Of a stretch of DNA of 64,000 bases, positions 30,910-40,047 are shown piece by piece. Position 1 is the first letter of the stretch, and every line of letters starts with the position of its first letter. The position numbers were made by a program, and so were the translations under genes. A model generated the notes under the pieces. That model did no database searches, was not told the origin of the DNA, and worked only from the letters and a program-made list of their open reading frames with translations. Origin of the DNA: Promethearchaeia archaeon. Lineage in GTDB: Archaea > Asgardarchaeota > Lokiarchaeia > Sigyniarchaeales > SOKP01. The DNA is taken from positions 70-64,069 of the forward strand of contig JAHQWP010000218.1 of assembly GCA_029856235.1 (NCBI GenBank). Reading direction: 5' to 3'.

Positions 30910-32025
30910 TTAAGTTTGGAGGGTAACATTAAAACATTTTTTCTTTATCACTTCTTCGCCTACATCAGCAATTCTTCGTGACAGTTCAGAGATTTTCCAT
31001 TTCTCGTGCCCTTTTACATATGTAGAAAATATATCTTGAAGAGGGTCTCTCCATTTAGAAGGGATGTTATCAACTCCTAATTTAGCACCAAGAATTGCTC
31101 CAATATTGCCGCAATTACAGTCAGTATCGTATCCCATCATAGCAGCAACACAAATAGATTTTCCGAACGAATCTCGTTTATCCTGAACACCATATAGAAG
31201 AGCCAATATGATTATTCCAATGTTTGGTAATACATGCACTCCTCCTAGACGAGTATTCAAAAACATCCTTCTTTCTATTGGAAAAATGGAAGAAGAATCA
31301 AGTACTTTTTCTACCATCTCTTTTATCCAAAAATCTCTTATCAAAATCTTCCGGGCAGCTCTAAAATCGTTTGGATATTGTTCGTATATATTTATTGCTT
31401 TTTTAACCATCTGAGTATATAAACTTTCTTTCTCCGAAGGGAGATATTGAAGAGCTGTCTCAATATTGTATCTAATATCCTCTTCAAAGAACGCTTGAGA
31501 GAGTAAAACTGCAATAAACACTTCTCCTTCAATACCAATTCCAGCATGTGAGATGGAACCATCAATTTCTGCATAATTCTTAGCAAGACTTGGGCAACCT
31601 GGAGTTATTAGTCCCCAAATATCCGCTCTCATCTGAGCGCCTATAAAATCAAAATAAAAATTGTTTAAAATTCCAGATTGAGGAGGTTGAATTCCAGCTT
31701 TAAGATTATTTAAAGCTATTTTTTCTGCAGTAAATACATAATCTTCTCTTTTAAGGAGATTGACCCATTCACGAGCAATTTTCTCGGCCGTAATATCAAT
31801 ACCGTATTTTTCTAATGCTATTAAAGCAATAATCTCATACATTTCATCATCATTAACATGATTAAGATCAATTGGTTCGGGGTAACTTATAATGTCACCA
31901 TATTTAGCTTTAATGCTTGCATAAGATTTCAATTCAACAGGGATACCAACGAAATCTCCAGCAACTCGTCCCAACCACGAGCCAAAAACTTTATTGTAAT
32001 ACTCCTCAGAAGTTATTTCTTTCAT
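30910..32025 (-). CDS. ADP-ribosylglycohydrolase family protein
   Basis: N-terminal GSWLGRVAGDFVGIPVE, DDEMYEI, and C-terminal MGYDTDCNCGNIGAILGA (the GxDTDx(3)GxxxGA metal-site motif of the ARH/DraG family). Confidence 0.8.
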   Translation of the reverse strand: MKEITSEEYYNKVFGSWLGRVAGDFVGIPVELKSYASIKAKYGDIISYPEPIDLNHVNDDEMYEIIALIALEKYGIDITAEKIAREWVNLLKREDYVFTAEKIALNNLKAGIQPPQSGILNNFYFDFIGAQMRADIWGLITPGCPSLAKNYAEIDGSISHAGIGIEGEVFIAVLLSQAFFEEDIRYNIETALQYLPSEKESLYTQMVKKAINIYEQYPNDFRAARKILIRDFWIKEMVEKVLDSSSIFPIERRMFLNTRLGGVHVLPNIGIIILALLYGVQDKRDSFGKSICVAAMMGYDTDCNCGNIGAILGAKLGVDNIPSKWRDPLQDIFSTYVKGHEKWKISELSRRIADVGEEVIKKKCFNVTLQT

Positions 32026-32146
32026 AATGTTATTACCAATCCAAAGTAACTATAACTGTTTGCTTTATTATCTCACCTTTAATATTAGATAATATAAAAA
32101 TTATTAGAAGATATTTTGAGCTATTAAGTTCTAAACAGCTTATCTT

Positions 32147-32157
32147 AAAAAAAAAAA
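32147..32157 (-). terminator. oligo-T tract (A11 on + strand)
   Basis: Downstream of the minus-strand acyltransferase gene ending at 32185. Confidence 0.35.
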
Positions 32158-32184
32158 GAATTTAACTTATAATATTTTAAGTTT

Positions 32185-33621
32185 TTAGCGGGTAACGAAA
32201 AATGCAATAATAAGGTACACTCCCATAGGAAGTAAGAGTATCCAATGTTCGCTTGGTAAGACAACTGTGACTTGAAGAATCATCGAAACGAAGCTTATTA
32301 GTAAAAATCCCGTCCATATAAATACGTTAGCCGTCGATAATGGGGTTTTAACAGCATAATATCTTATTAAAACAGCGATCGCATAAATTACAATAACAAT
32401 AAGCGGTATAGGAACCCAGAAACCTTGCGCCCAAAATGATAGTAAGAAAAGACAAGGAAATATTATGAAAAAATTCAGGTAATATAGAATCCTTCTCTTT
32501 AAATTCTCTTGTTGATCGATTTTATACCATATTATACCAAACCAAATAAATCCAACCCACAACACTATTAAATCTATTATATCAGAAGGGTCGAAGGGGA
32601 CATCCATTCCGTAGTGAGTACCCCAGAACGCCGTAATCATCCCATATCCTAATATCTGAGTAAGTAATATGTGGTACGTTGATTTACTTATCTTAGAAAT
32701 TAACTTGGCAAACCAATTATCCCATCTCTTTGGTAAAAGCTTGATTGCTAGTAAAACTAAAAACGCAGAATACGGAAAAACCATGAGAGTATAGTCTCCT
32801 CTTAGGAAACGGTTGCCATCAATCATGATTCGATAGCCGAAAAACTGATATGCTATTATAAAAGCTAAACTAATAGGATAGAGAATCCACATAAAAAGGT
32901 TCTGCTTAGCAAAGAGATTCGGTCTTTTTGAAAACCACATACCCAACCCTACTGCTGAAAGGTAAAACAGTATACTGCTACTGAATAGGGAATAAACATG
33001 TACCTGTTCCCAACTAGTAAAATCGCCCCCGAATAAGAAAAATACAATTGTTTGCATCGCAATTTCAATTGCAAAGGTTAAAATTAAGGCTACCACCGGT
33101 TTTTTCGTAAAAACCCAATATAACAATGGCACGACGAGAATTGATTGGAATAATACAGGGATAAACCAATTACCCGGGCCCCAAAAAGGCATTATAAAAT
33201 AAAATAAGTTGATAACCCCGTGACTGGGGTAATATTGAGTATCGTACATTGCTATAAAATCGAAACCATACATAAACAAACCGATAAAGGTTGATGCTGC
33301 GTACAAAATAAGAAAGGGGACAACGTAACGCATGATTTTCTTCTTGAAATAATTCCACGAATACAATTGTTTTAACGAAGTATAGCCTTTTTCTCTAAAG
33401 GAAAGCCCCATATTAAAACCAAGGATTACTAAGAAGACAGGTATGGAAATTCTTTCCCAAAGAGCAACTGCAATATTATTTTTGATGTTCCAAGACACAT
33501 TGTGATCGAAAATCACCAAAAATATCATCGCCGCTTTTAGAAAATCAATCTGGAAAAGGGATTTTTTTTCGGAGGGTATTTCTTCCTCTTCTTCAAGAAT
33601 TTGAAGATTAAGTTCGTTCAT
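32185..33621 (-). CDS. acyltransferase-3 (OafA-like) family integral membrane protein
   Basis: More than 12 TM segments. N-terminal IDFLKAAMIFLVIFDH resembles the acyltransferase_3 opening motif. Confidence 0.5.
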   Translation of the reverse strand: MNELNLQILEEEEEIPSEKKSLFQIDFLKAAMIFLVIFDHNVSWNIKNNIAVALWERISIPVFLVILGFNMGLSFREKGYTSLKQLYSWNYFKKKIMRYVVPFLILYAASTFIGLFMYGFDFIAMYDTQYYPSHGVINLFYFIMPFWGPGNWFIPVLFQSILVVPLLYWVFTKKPVVALILTFAIEIAMQTIVFFLFGGDFTSWEQVHVYSLFSSSILFYLSAVGLGMWFSKRPNLFAKQNLFMWILYPISLAFIIAYQFFGYRIMIDGNRFLRGDYTLMVFPYSAFLVLLAIKLLPKRWDNWFAKLISKISKSTYHILLTQILGYGMITAFWGTHYGMDVPFDPSDIIDLIVLWVGFIWFGIIWYKIDQQENLKRRILYYLNFFIIFPCLFLLSFWAQGFWVPIPLIVIVIYAIAVLIRYYAVKTPLSTANVFIWTGFLLISFVSMILQVTVVLPSEHWILLLPMGVYLIIAFFVTR

Positions 33622-33781
33622 TCTTTACATCTATAATTTATTGTTAGAATTTTAAAAGAGTATTATTAATAATTCTAAGCAACATCTAAATTATTAACAT
33701 TGAAGGAGTCCGATTTTTAAATTCTAAGAGTTTAAAAAAGATACGAAACTCATTAGTGATTAGAAATAAAATTTTCATAAA

Positions 33782-35035
33782 GTGAAATTCATGAAAAGAA
33801 TTTATCAAATACTAATAGCGATCATATTTAGTGTATTTCTTACTCTAATTGAAATTGTTGTAGAAATTCTCTTTTTTTCTAGCTATATAGAGCCAAGTGC
33901 GTACTATTTCTTTTATACTTTCTTAATTCTATTTACAGGTTATTTCTATATTTTTCTTCTAATTTTTCTAAGTTACGGATTAAAAAATGATAAAAGAGAA
34001 TTTAATAAAATAATTTCGGTAAAAGTTCTGGGATTCTTACTCCTTGCGATACATCTTGTTTTTTTCTTTCTAGTTAGAATATCTATCTGGGTATTTGCTC
34101 CGTTGATATCTGATACTTTTGAATTAATTTCCTTATATGTATCTTTTGCAGTAATGCCTGCTATCTTCATTACATTTTTCGTATTTGGGGTTAACAACGA
34201 ACGAAATTATGGAAACTATGTAACATCATTTTCCATCCTTTATCTTATTTATTTCATTATAACTCTATTGCACCACTTTTTTATTTCTCCAGTACTCATA
34301 ATCGGAGCTGACAGAACATTAGTTCTTGGGACTACATTCACGACACTTCAAGTGTTACTAGTGTATTTAGCAGCGGGTTATCTTTTCTTTTTTGGCATTC
34401 GAACCAAATTACCTCATTTTGTCTTAATAAGTTTTTCATGGGCATATTACAGCGTGTATCGGCAAATATCAGATTTAATAGACACAATGGGTAAGGATAG
34501 TGATGAATATATCTTCATGCTCTTAATAATTATAATCTGTTTTCTAGGTATAATTGTTTCGATCCGATTTTTTGAACTAGGAAAAAGGCTTAAAAGAGGA
34601 TTGCGAGTATTTATAAGCCACGCTGTCGAAGACTTTGACAGTTATCGTATTAAAGCTCTCGCGGACTATTTAAAAATTCAAAAAAAGATAGGCCATGTGT
34701 ATTTTTGTGAAGAGGGACTAACAGGAAACATTGATAAGTGGATGAAAAAAACAGTTCATCGGAGTCAAGTTTTAGTTTTTATCTCAACTCCTAATTCCCT
34801 GAAATCAAAAGATAGCCTTTTTGAACTAGAGCTTGCGCGCAAACATAAATTACATATAATACCGATTTTAGGCTTTGAAATGGTGTGGGAAGATTTAGAA
34901 GAATTAGATCTTCATCGGGAGTTTGGTTCCCCTTTTAGCCCAATGGAATTTGAAAAATTCTGTGATGAAATATATCAACATATTTTAAAATTCAGAAAAG
35001 ACAAAAAAATAGAGGACGTTGAAGAAAAGAAGTAA
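33782..35035 (+). CDS. polytopic membrane protein with C-terminal TIR domain
   Basis: About 8 TM helices (aa 1-265), then VFISHAVEDFDSYRIKALADYLK...VLVFISTPNSLKSKDSLFELELA...IIPIL. This is a TIR-like beta-alpha pattern with a candidate catalytic Glu in SLFELE. Alternative ATG at 33791. Confidence 0.7.
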   Translation: MKFMKRIYQILIAIIFSVFLTLIEIVVEILFFSSYIEPSAYYFFYTFLILFTGYFYIFLLIFLSYGLKNDKREFNKIISVKVLGFLLLAIHLVFFFLVRISIWVFAPLISDTFELISLYVSFAVMPAIFITFFVFGVNNERNYGNYVTSFSILYLIYFIITLLHHFFISPVLIIGADRTLVLGTTFTTLQVLLVYLAAGYLFFFGIRTKLPHFVLISFSWAYYSVYRQISDLIDTMGKDSDEYIFMLLIIIICFLGIIVSIRFFELGKRLKRGLRVFISHAVEDFDSYRIKALADYLKIQKKIGHVYFCEEGLTGNIDKWMKKTVHRSQVLVFISTPNSLKSKDSLFELELARKHKLHIIPILGFEMVWEDLEELDLHREFGSPFSPMEFEKFCDEIYQHILKFRKDKKIEDVEEKK

Positions 35036-35125
35036 ACAAGTAAGAATTAAAACAGAAAAAAGAAAAAAAGTTCTTCTATTTCTATCAATCACTTTATTTT
35101 TAATAAGATAGAGGATAAAATTGAA

Positions 35126-35971
35126 TTAACTTAAAGGGAATTTTGGCTCTCGTTTCTCCATGTAAGCGTTAAACGCTTCGAATACATCTTTAGAACTACC
35201 TGATAGGACTTGTCCTCGGTTTTCTAATTGGATCATCGTTTCTAAACTCGGAGAATTAAGGGATAGATTAAGCGCTTGTTTTGTCATCCGTAAGCCTAAA
35301 GGGCTTTTCTTCAGCATTTCTCTCGCCAACTCCATTGCTGAATTTAACAAGTATTCCTCCTCAACAACCTTTAAGACAAAACCTGTTTTTAAAGCCTCTT
35401 CAGCGTTTAAAAACCTTCCTGTATACAATAATTCGGACGCTCTTGATAATCCGATAAGACGAGGAAGAAAATAACTACTCCCCATGTCTGCCCCTGTTAA
35501 TCCGATATTTATGTAACCTGCGTTGAACTTAGCGTTTTTTCCGGCTATGCGAATATCAGCAGCCATTGCAATAGAAAAACCTGCCCCCATTGCCGCACCT
35601 TGGACCACAGCAATAATAGGTTGGGAAATCTTTCGCATTTTAACGATAATGTCAGCTATCCTCCATTGGTAATACATGAAGCTTTTTACTACTTCGGGAA
35701 CATCTAAATAATAATATTTCTTGAGATGGTCCGGCTTTTTTTTTGATTTTAATATAGTACCATCACTCAAATCCTGACCAGCGTTAAAGACCTTACCTTC
35801 TGCTCTCATAATCAAAACTCGGCAATCAAGATTCGTCATTAGCGAATCGAATAAAGAATGAAGGTCTTCAACCATTTGAAAAGAAATCGCATTTGCTTTT
35901 TCCGGCCTATTAAAGATTAAATACCCTATACCATTTTCCTCTACTTCGAATTTTATCGTCTCGATTTCCAT
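35126..35971 (-). CDS. enoyl-CoA hydratase/isomerase (crotonase) family protein
   Basis: LIFNRPEKANA, FNAGQDL, AVVQGAAMGAGFSIAMAADIRIAG oxyanion-hole region. Confidence 0.85.
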   Translation of the reverse strand: MEIETIKFEVEENGIGYLIFNRPEKANAISFQMVEDLHSLFDSLMTNLDCRVLIMRAEGKVFNAGQDLSDGTILKSKKKPDHLKKYYYLDVPEVVKSFMYYQWRIADIIVKMRKISQPIIAVVQGAAMGAGFSIAMAADIRIAGKNAKFNAGYINIGLTGADMGSSYFLPRLIGLSRASELLYTGRFLNAEEALKTGFVLKVVEEEYLLNSAMELAREMLKKSPLGLRMTKQALNLSLNSPSLETMIQLENRGQVLSGSSKDVFEAFNAYMEKREPKFPLS

Positions 35972-36065
35972 GCTTTAACACGTAAAAGATCATTTAAAAA
36001 ATTTGTCAATAAACCTTGAAAAAAGAATTTCCTCCGATATGAGAATAGCTTTTTAAGTCAAGTTT

Positions 36066-36075
36066 AAAAAAAAAA
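36066..36075 (-). terminator. oligo-T tract (A10 on + strand)
   Basis: Downstream of the UFM1-like gene ending at 36093. Confidence 0.35.
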
Positions 36076-36092
36076 GTATATTTTTTATTTTA

Positions 36093-36425
36093 CTAAAAAC
36101 ATCCAGCAGTACTAGCAGGAATTAAGAGAATGTCGTCGCCATTACTCAAGTTATAATCTCTTAATTGATCGTTATCGTCCATGGTAACTCCCCCAGACGA
36201 TAAGTGAAATTCGTCAGGATCGAGCCCAAATAAATTTCCTAACGTATTCTTAATGTCGCTTACTCTATTTGCGTCGTTCACTGTTAATTTTTCCTTCTTC
36301 TCGCCAGGACCTATAGTGGACATGAAGTACAAAGTAGACTTCTTTCCGGAGGTAGGCGTCTTTGAAGCCGGTGTTTTTGACTTAACAGGTTCAAATTCGT
36401 CGTCAAAATCTTCTTCATAACTCAT
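36093..36425 (-). CDS. ubiquitin-fold modifier-like protein (UFM1-like beta-grasp) with acidic/basic disordered N-terminus
   Basis: Residues ~31-108 align by eye to ubiquitin/UFM1. LYFMSTIGPGEKKEKLTV corresponds to beta1-beta2; LRDYNLSNGDDILLIPASTAG-CF compares with UFM1 FLKHGSELRIIPRDRVG-SC. Confidence 0.55.
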   Translation of the reverse strand: MSYEEDFDDEFEPVKSKTPASKTPTSGKKSTLYFMSTIGPGEKKEKLTVNDANRVSDIKNTLGNLFGLDPDEFHLSSGGVTMDDNDQLRDYNLSNGDDILLIPASTAGCF

Positions 36426-36540
36426 TTAAATCACATTTGTTTTTCTTGAGATTATTACTCTCATGGTAATTTAGTATATTAAAACCAATTGGAATGATAA
36501 TGAAGTTTTAAATTTTTAAAAATCCTTTTTAGTATTTAGC

Positions 36541-38454
36541 TTAATTTGAAGGTAATAATTGCATTTCTTCCTCGATCTCTGCAAGAAAAAGGTCTACAAT
36601 TGCTAACCATCTATTCTTAGATTCCATATCGCCAATAATTTTACTTGTTAATTCTTTTCCTAACTCAAGATTTTGAGCTGCTAACTCGATATTTTCTAGT
36701 GCGGTGTAACAAATTCCGATTTTGATATAAGTTTGATGGATAAACCAGGCATTTGAATCAATTTCTATGGTTTTTTCGAATTCTTTTATGGCTTTTTTGT
36801 ATTCTTTAAAGTGTATTAAGATTTCTCCGTATGTATCGTGATAGATTCCTTTTTCTGGTTCGTTTTTTACGAGTTCGCGAAGAAGTTCCAGTGCTTCTTG
36901 TTTTTTATCCAGATATGATAACCAATACGCTTTATAATTACGAAGAAAATTGTCTTTTGGATATTTTTCAATTAAATCTTCAATGATTTCTAGGCCCCCT
37001 TCTAAATTTTTATCTTTTTTAAGAGTATACGCCTTTTTTATCATAATATCAGTCTCTTTTTCAGGAAATAGCTTCATCATCTCCTCCAATACCCTTAAAA
37101 CATCATTGTATTGGTTAAAATAGAGTAGAATTCGTAATTTTGAATTGTATAAATCGTAATTCGTTGGAGCTAAGGAAATTTCTTTATCGATTTCATTAAT
37201 TTTTTCTTTGTATTGAGAATCTAATGCGTTAGAATTCAGCGATTCCAATATATCTGTCATGTTCTGCCAAATTATCCCTTCGAGTTTATCATCTGTTCCT
37301 ATTAATTCTTTTTTTATCTCAATTTTATATGCTAAATATTTAATATAACCGGGTAAAAAAGCTCTAAGTGATTCCTTGAAATGTGCATGAAATAAAATTT
37401 CACAAATTTCGTTAAGAATATCATCTACAACAGAATTCATGTCTCCTAAATCTACAAATTTCTCCAAGTATTTGTTTGCCGCTATATGTTCTTCAGTAAT
37501 AGCTCGAAGTATCTTTTCTAATTTCTCATCTGAATGAAAATAATAATGTTTGTCTGGAGAAATATCTAATTTAAAAAACTGTAAATCATATAAGTCGCTT
37601 TCTACGATCTCATTTATCCAAAAATCAAGGATTCGCTTTTTAATTTCATAAAATCTCGAAAACTCCTCAAAAGATAAATAGTCAGGATAAAAATCGGGAT
37701 GATTAATTGAAAGAAAGAGGAGAATTTTGTGAAAATCTTCTTCGTCTTTTAGGATTGCATTAACTTTTGAGTAATCTAGTTTCAATATATTATTGAGAAA
37801 TCTAAATTTGACATGATTATCGTTAATATTAAATTTGTCAAAAAAGGGTTTAGTCTTTGTAGTAATCTCATCAATTCGTTTTCTTTCCTCTTCTAAGATA
37901 GTTTGTCTATCTAAATTGTATAGTTGTAGAATCTTCGAATATTCAGCTTTTCCCGATTGAGTAATTAAATATCTTTTATTTTCGTTGATGAGTAATCCCT
38001 TTTGGATTAATGAGTTTAAACTTTTTGATAACGACGATTGATTTATAGAAAATGGTTCTTCAAGAAAATCAGACCGTTTACAATAGCCATTATTGTAAAC
38101 CATCCATAGAATCCAATGGAAATAATTCCTCCCTCTTTTTAGGATTGCATCAGGTGGATAACTTAACACTCTTGCAGTTTTTCTCTCTTCTGATAGTTCA
38201 TTAAATCTCTCCTTCCCCTCTGGAGTTATTCTGTATTGTCCTCGGGAATACTTTTCTATATATCCTTTGAAGATTAATTTTGTGAAATGACGCGATAACG
38301 TAGAAATGGGAATTTCAATAGGCTTTTGTTCAAAGTTAGACCATTCACAACTTTCATTATTTGATAGCATCCAAAGAATTATATGGTCATAATTCCTTCT
38401 TTGTAGTTTCGAGGGGTTAAGAATCTCATCAGAAGGGTAATTTAATTTTCCCAT
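36541..38454 (-). CDS. dual winged-helix + TPR repeat protein
   Basis: Two N-terminal wHTH copies (HIILWMLSNNESCEWSNF...STLSRHFTKLIFKGYIEK..YRITPEGKERF and HWILWMVYNNGYCKRSDF...SSLSKSLNSLIQKGLL...YLITQSGKAEY). The C-terminal ~200 aa are TPR-like. Confidence 0.7.
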   Translation of the reverse strand: MGKLNYPSDEILNPSKLQRRNYDHIILWMLSNNESCEWSNFEQKPIEIPISTLSRHFTKLIFKGYIEKYSRGQYRITPEGKERFNELSEERKTARVLSYPPDAILKRGRNYFHWILWMVYNNGYCKRSDFLEEPFSINQSSLSKSLNSLIQKGLLINENKRYLITQSGKAEYSKILQLYNLDRQTILEEERKRIDEITTKTKPFFDKFNINDNHVKFRFLNNILKLDYSKVNAILKDEEDFHKILLFLSINHPDFYPDYLSFEEFSRFYEIKKRILDFWINEIVESDLYDLQFFKLDISPDKHYYFHSDEKLEKILRAITEEHIAANKYLEKFVDLGDMNSVVDDILNEICEILFHAHFKESLRAFLPGYIKYLAYKIEIKKELIGTDDKLEGIIWQNMTDILESLNSNALDSQYKEKINEIDKEISLAPTNYDLYNSKLRILLYFNQYNDVLRVLEEMMKLFPEKETDIMIKKAYTLKKDKNLEGGLEIIEDLIEKYPKDNFLRNYKAYWLSYLDKKQEALELLRELVKNEPEKGIYHDTYGEILIHFKEYKKAIKEFEKTIEIDSNAWFIHQTYIKIGICYTALENIELAAQNLELGKELTSKIIGDMESKNRWLAIVDLFLAEIEEEMQLLPSN

Positions 38455-38653
38455 TTTCTAAAAGATCAAAATCTTATTTTCGATAGGTATAATTTGGGAA
38501 CATTTCTATTTATATCTATTTTTCAAAACTTCCACAAATTTTCGGAATTTCCAAGGAACTACCGGAAGTGGAACTATAAATGGATGAATATCTACATTTT
38601 TCATTGATCATCATTTAGATGATAAATTTAGAATTAAAATCAAAAAAAAAGAG

Positions 38654-39358
38654 ATGAATAAAAAGAAAATGCTAGTGAAAAAGAAATTAAAAGTGACTAA
38701 AACACTTATCGCAGCATCATTTTTCATAACTATTATAGCAATTATGACACCAGTGATGGCAGCTGGGTCTAATCGCTTCTTATTCATAGCAATAGGAGAT
38801 GATCTAGATCTCGATGCCACTAATCTTATCGTAGGCAAAATTGAGCTCGATGAATGCGGTGAACCCTTATCAGGGCAAGTAGTTTTCCATCAAAGAATCT
38901 ACGATTCAGGTGAAAAAGTGTATACGATGAAAGGAACGCTTAAAAAAGGATCACTAAATACCTCTAAACATGTGTTCTATTGTCCCATCTTTAATGCCTG
39001 GTGGATTAACGTTTGGTGGATTGAGGGTGAGGGGAAGTTTAAAACTACTAATACAGATTATACAGTATTTTTCCGAAATTCGATGTTTTTAATGATGCCA
39101 AATACGGAAGGTAAATACATCCCGGCTACCATTTTTATGTGGCTAAGCCTTACAAAAGAATATTATCCGGGAGAGTTTGATAACGAGGGTAACCTTCTTC
39201 CTCCACCGTTGGGCGAAGATCCTTTAATTTCGAAAGGAGAAAGTTGGGTACTTGCTGGAGTTTTTTGGGATACAGGTATAGAAATGGATTTTGGATATGG
39301 AATAGGGATAGTACCAATCGGTCCAGTGTCCAATTTAACAAGATACATTAAATTCTGA
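38654..39358 (+). CDS. secreted protein, unknown function
   Basis: Basic N-terminus plus hydrophobic core and AAG cleavage-like site (LIAASFFITIIAIMTPVMAAGS). Confidence 0.55.
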   Translation: MNKKKMLVKKKLKVTKTLIAASFFITIIAIMTPVMAAGSNRFLFIAIGDDLDLDATNLIVGKIELDECGEPLSGQVVFHQRIYDSGEKVYTMKGTLKKGSLNTSKHVFYCPIFNAWWINVWWIEGEGKFKTTNTDYTVFFRNSMFLMMPNTEGKYIPATIFMWLSLTKEYYPGEFDNEGNLLPPPLGEDPLISKGESWVLAGVFWDTGIEMDFGYGIGIVPIGPVSNLTRYIKF

Positions 39359-39489
39359 AACCAATAGCGCCGAATCTATCATGAAAAATAAGATAATATT
39401 CTCTAAAATCTTTTTTTTTTTTAAAACCACATTGATAGTCAATTTGATGATAATAATAAAATAGCAAATAAATTGAGTTGATAAAAAAA

Positions 39490-39885
39490 ATGACTGAAAT
39501 TAAAAAATTAACAAAAATCGCACTTATAGTCGATGCTATTATTTGGTTCATATTTGGGGTCATGCTTGTCTTTCTATATGATATGACATTGAATTATGAG
39601 GGTTGGACAAATCCACTTCACGTAAGAGCTTTTGGAGGTATCTGTTTTGTTGCTTTCCTTTTTGTAATTATAATGCTTCGCAAAAAGGAATGGGAGGAGA
39701 TTAAATTGCTGTTTATTTGTTTAATTAGCATGTGTATATCAGTAATAATTGTTGAAGCTACAGTATTAGCAATGTTTGCGTCAACATTTATGGCTGCCAC
39801 GGTATCTCAGATGATCTTCGATTTAATTATAAATGCTGCAAAAAATATTCTTAGTATTGTCGCCTATATCAAACAGAGAAGCTAA
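39490..39885 (+). CDS. membrane protein (4 TM)
   Basis: The ORF track starts at TTG 39478; in-frame ATG at 39490 (MTEIKKL...). T13 tract 39910-39922 lies downstream. Confidence 0.55.
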   Translation: MTEIKKLTKIALIVDAIIWFIFGVMLVFLYDMTLNYEGWTNPLHVRAFGGICFVAFLFVIIMLRKKEWEEIKLLFICLISMCISVIIVEATVLAMFASTFMAATVSQMIFDLIINAAKNILSIVAYIKQRS

Positions 39886-39909
39886 ACGCCATAATTTAAA
39901 AAATTTCTA

Positions 39910-39922
39910 ATTTTTTTTTTTT
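39910..39922 (+). terminator. oligo-T tract
   Basis: T13, 25 nt after the stop at 39885. Confidence 0.4.
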
Positions 39923-40047
39923 ATCCTTATTTAGAGAAAATGTTCTGACTTTCTTTAATGGAATTAACCACTAGATTTAAAACACAATTTAGTTTATATT
40001 AGTAAATATATCCAAAATTGTCATGATTTAAAATATTTTTTAAGTAG

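Noticed and set aside
38520-38575. Cluster of TTCC/GGAA half-sites including GGAATTTCC in the divergent promoter region
   Set aside because: The arms are only 4 nt and I could not compute any enrichment. It is mentioned under the wHTH/TPR finding but not called as a feature.
38611-39563. Minus-strand ORFs 38611..38838, 39150..39341, 39163..39348, 39348..39563
   Set aside because: They overlap the + strand secreted-protein gene or the start of the next membrane-protein gene. Their composition looks like antisense translation of hydrophobic or charged coding sequence.
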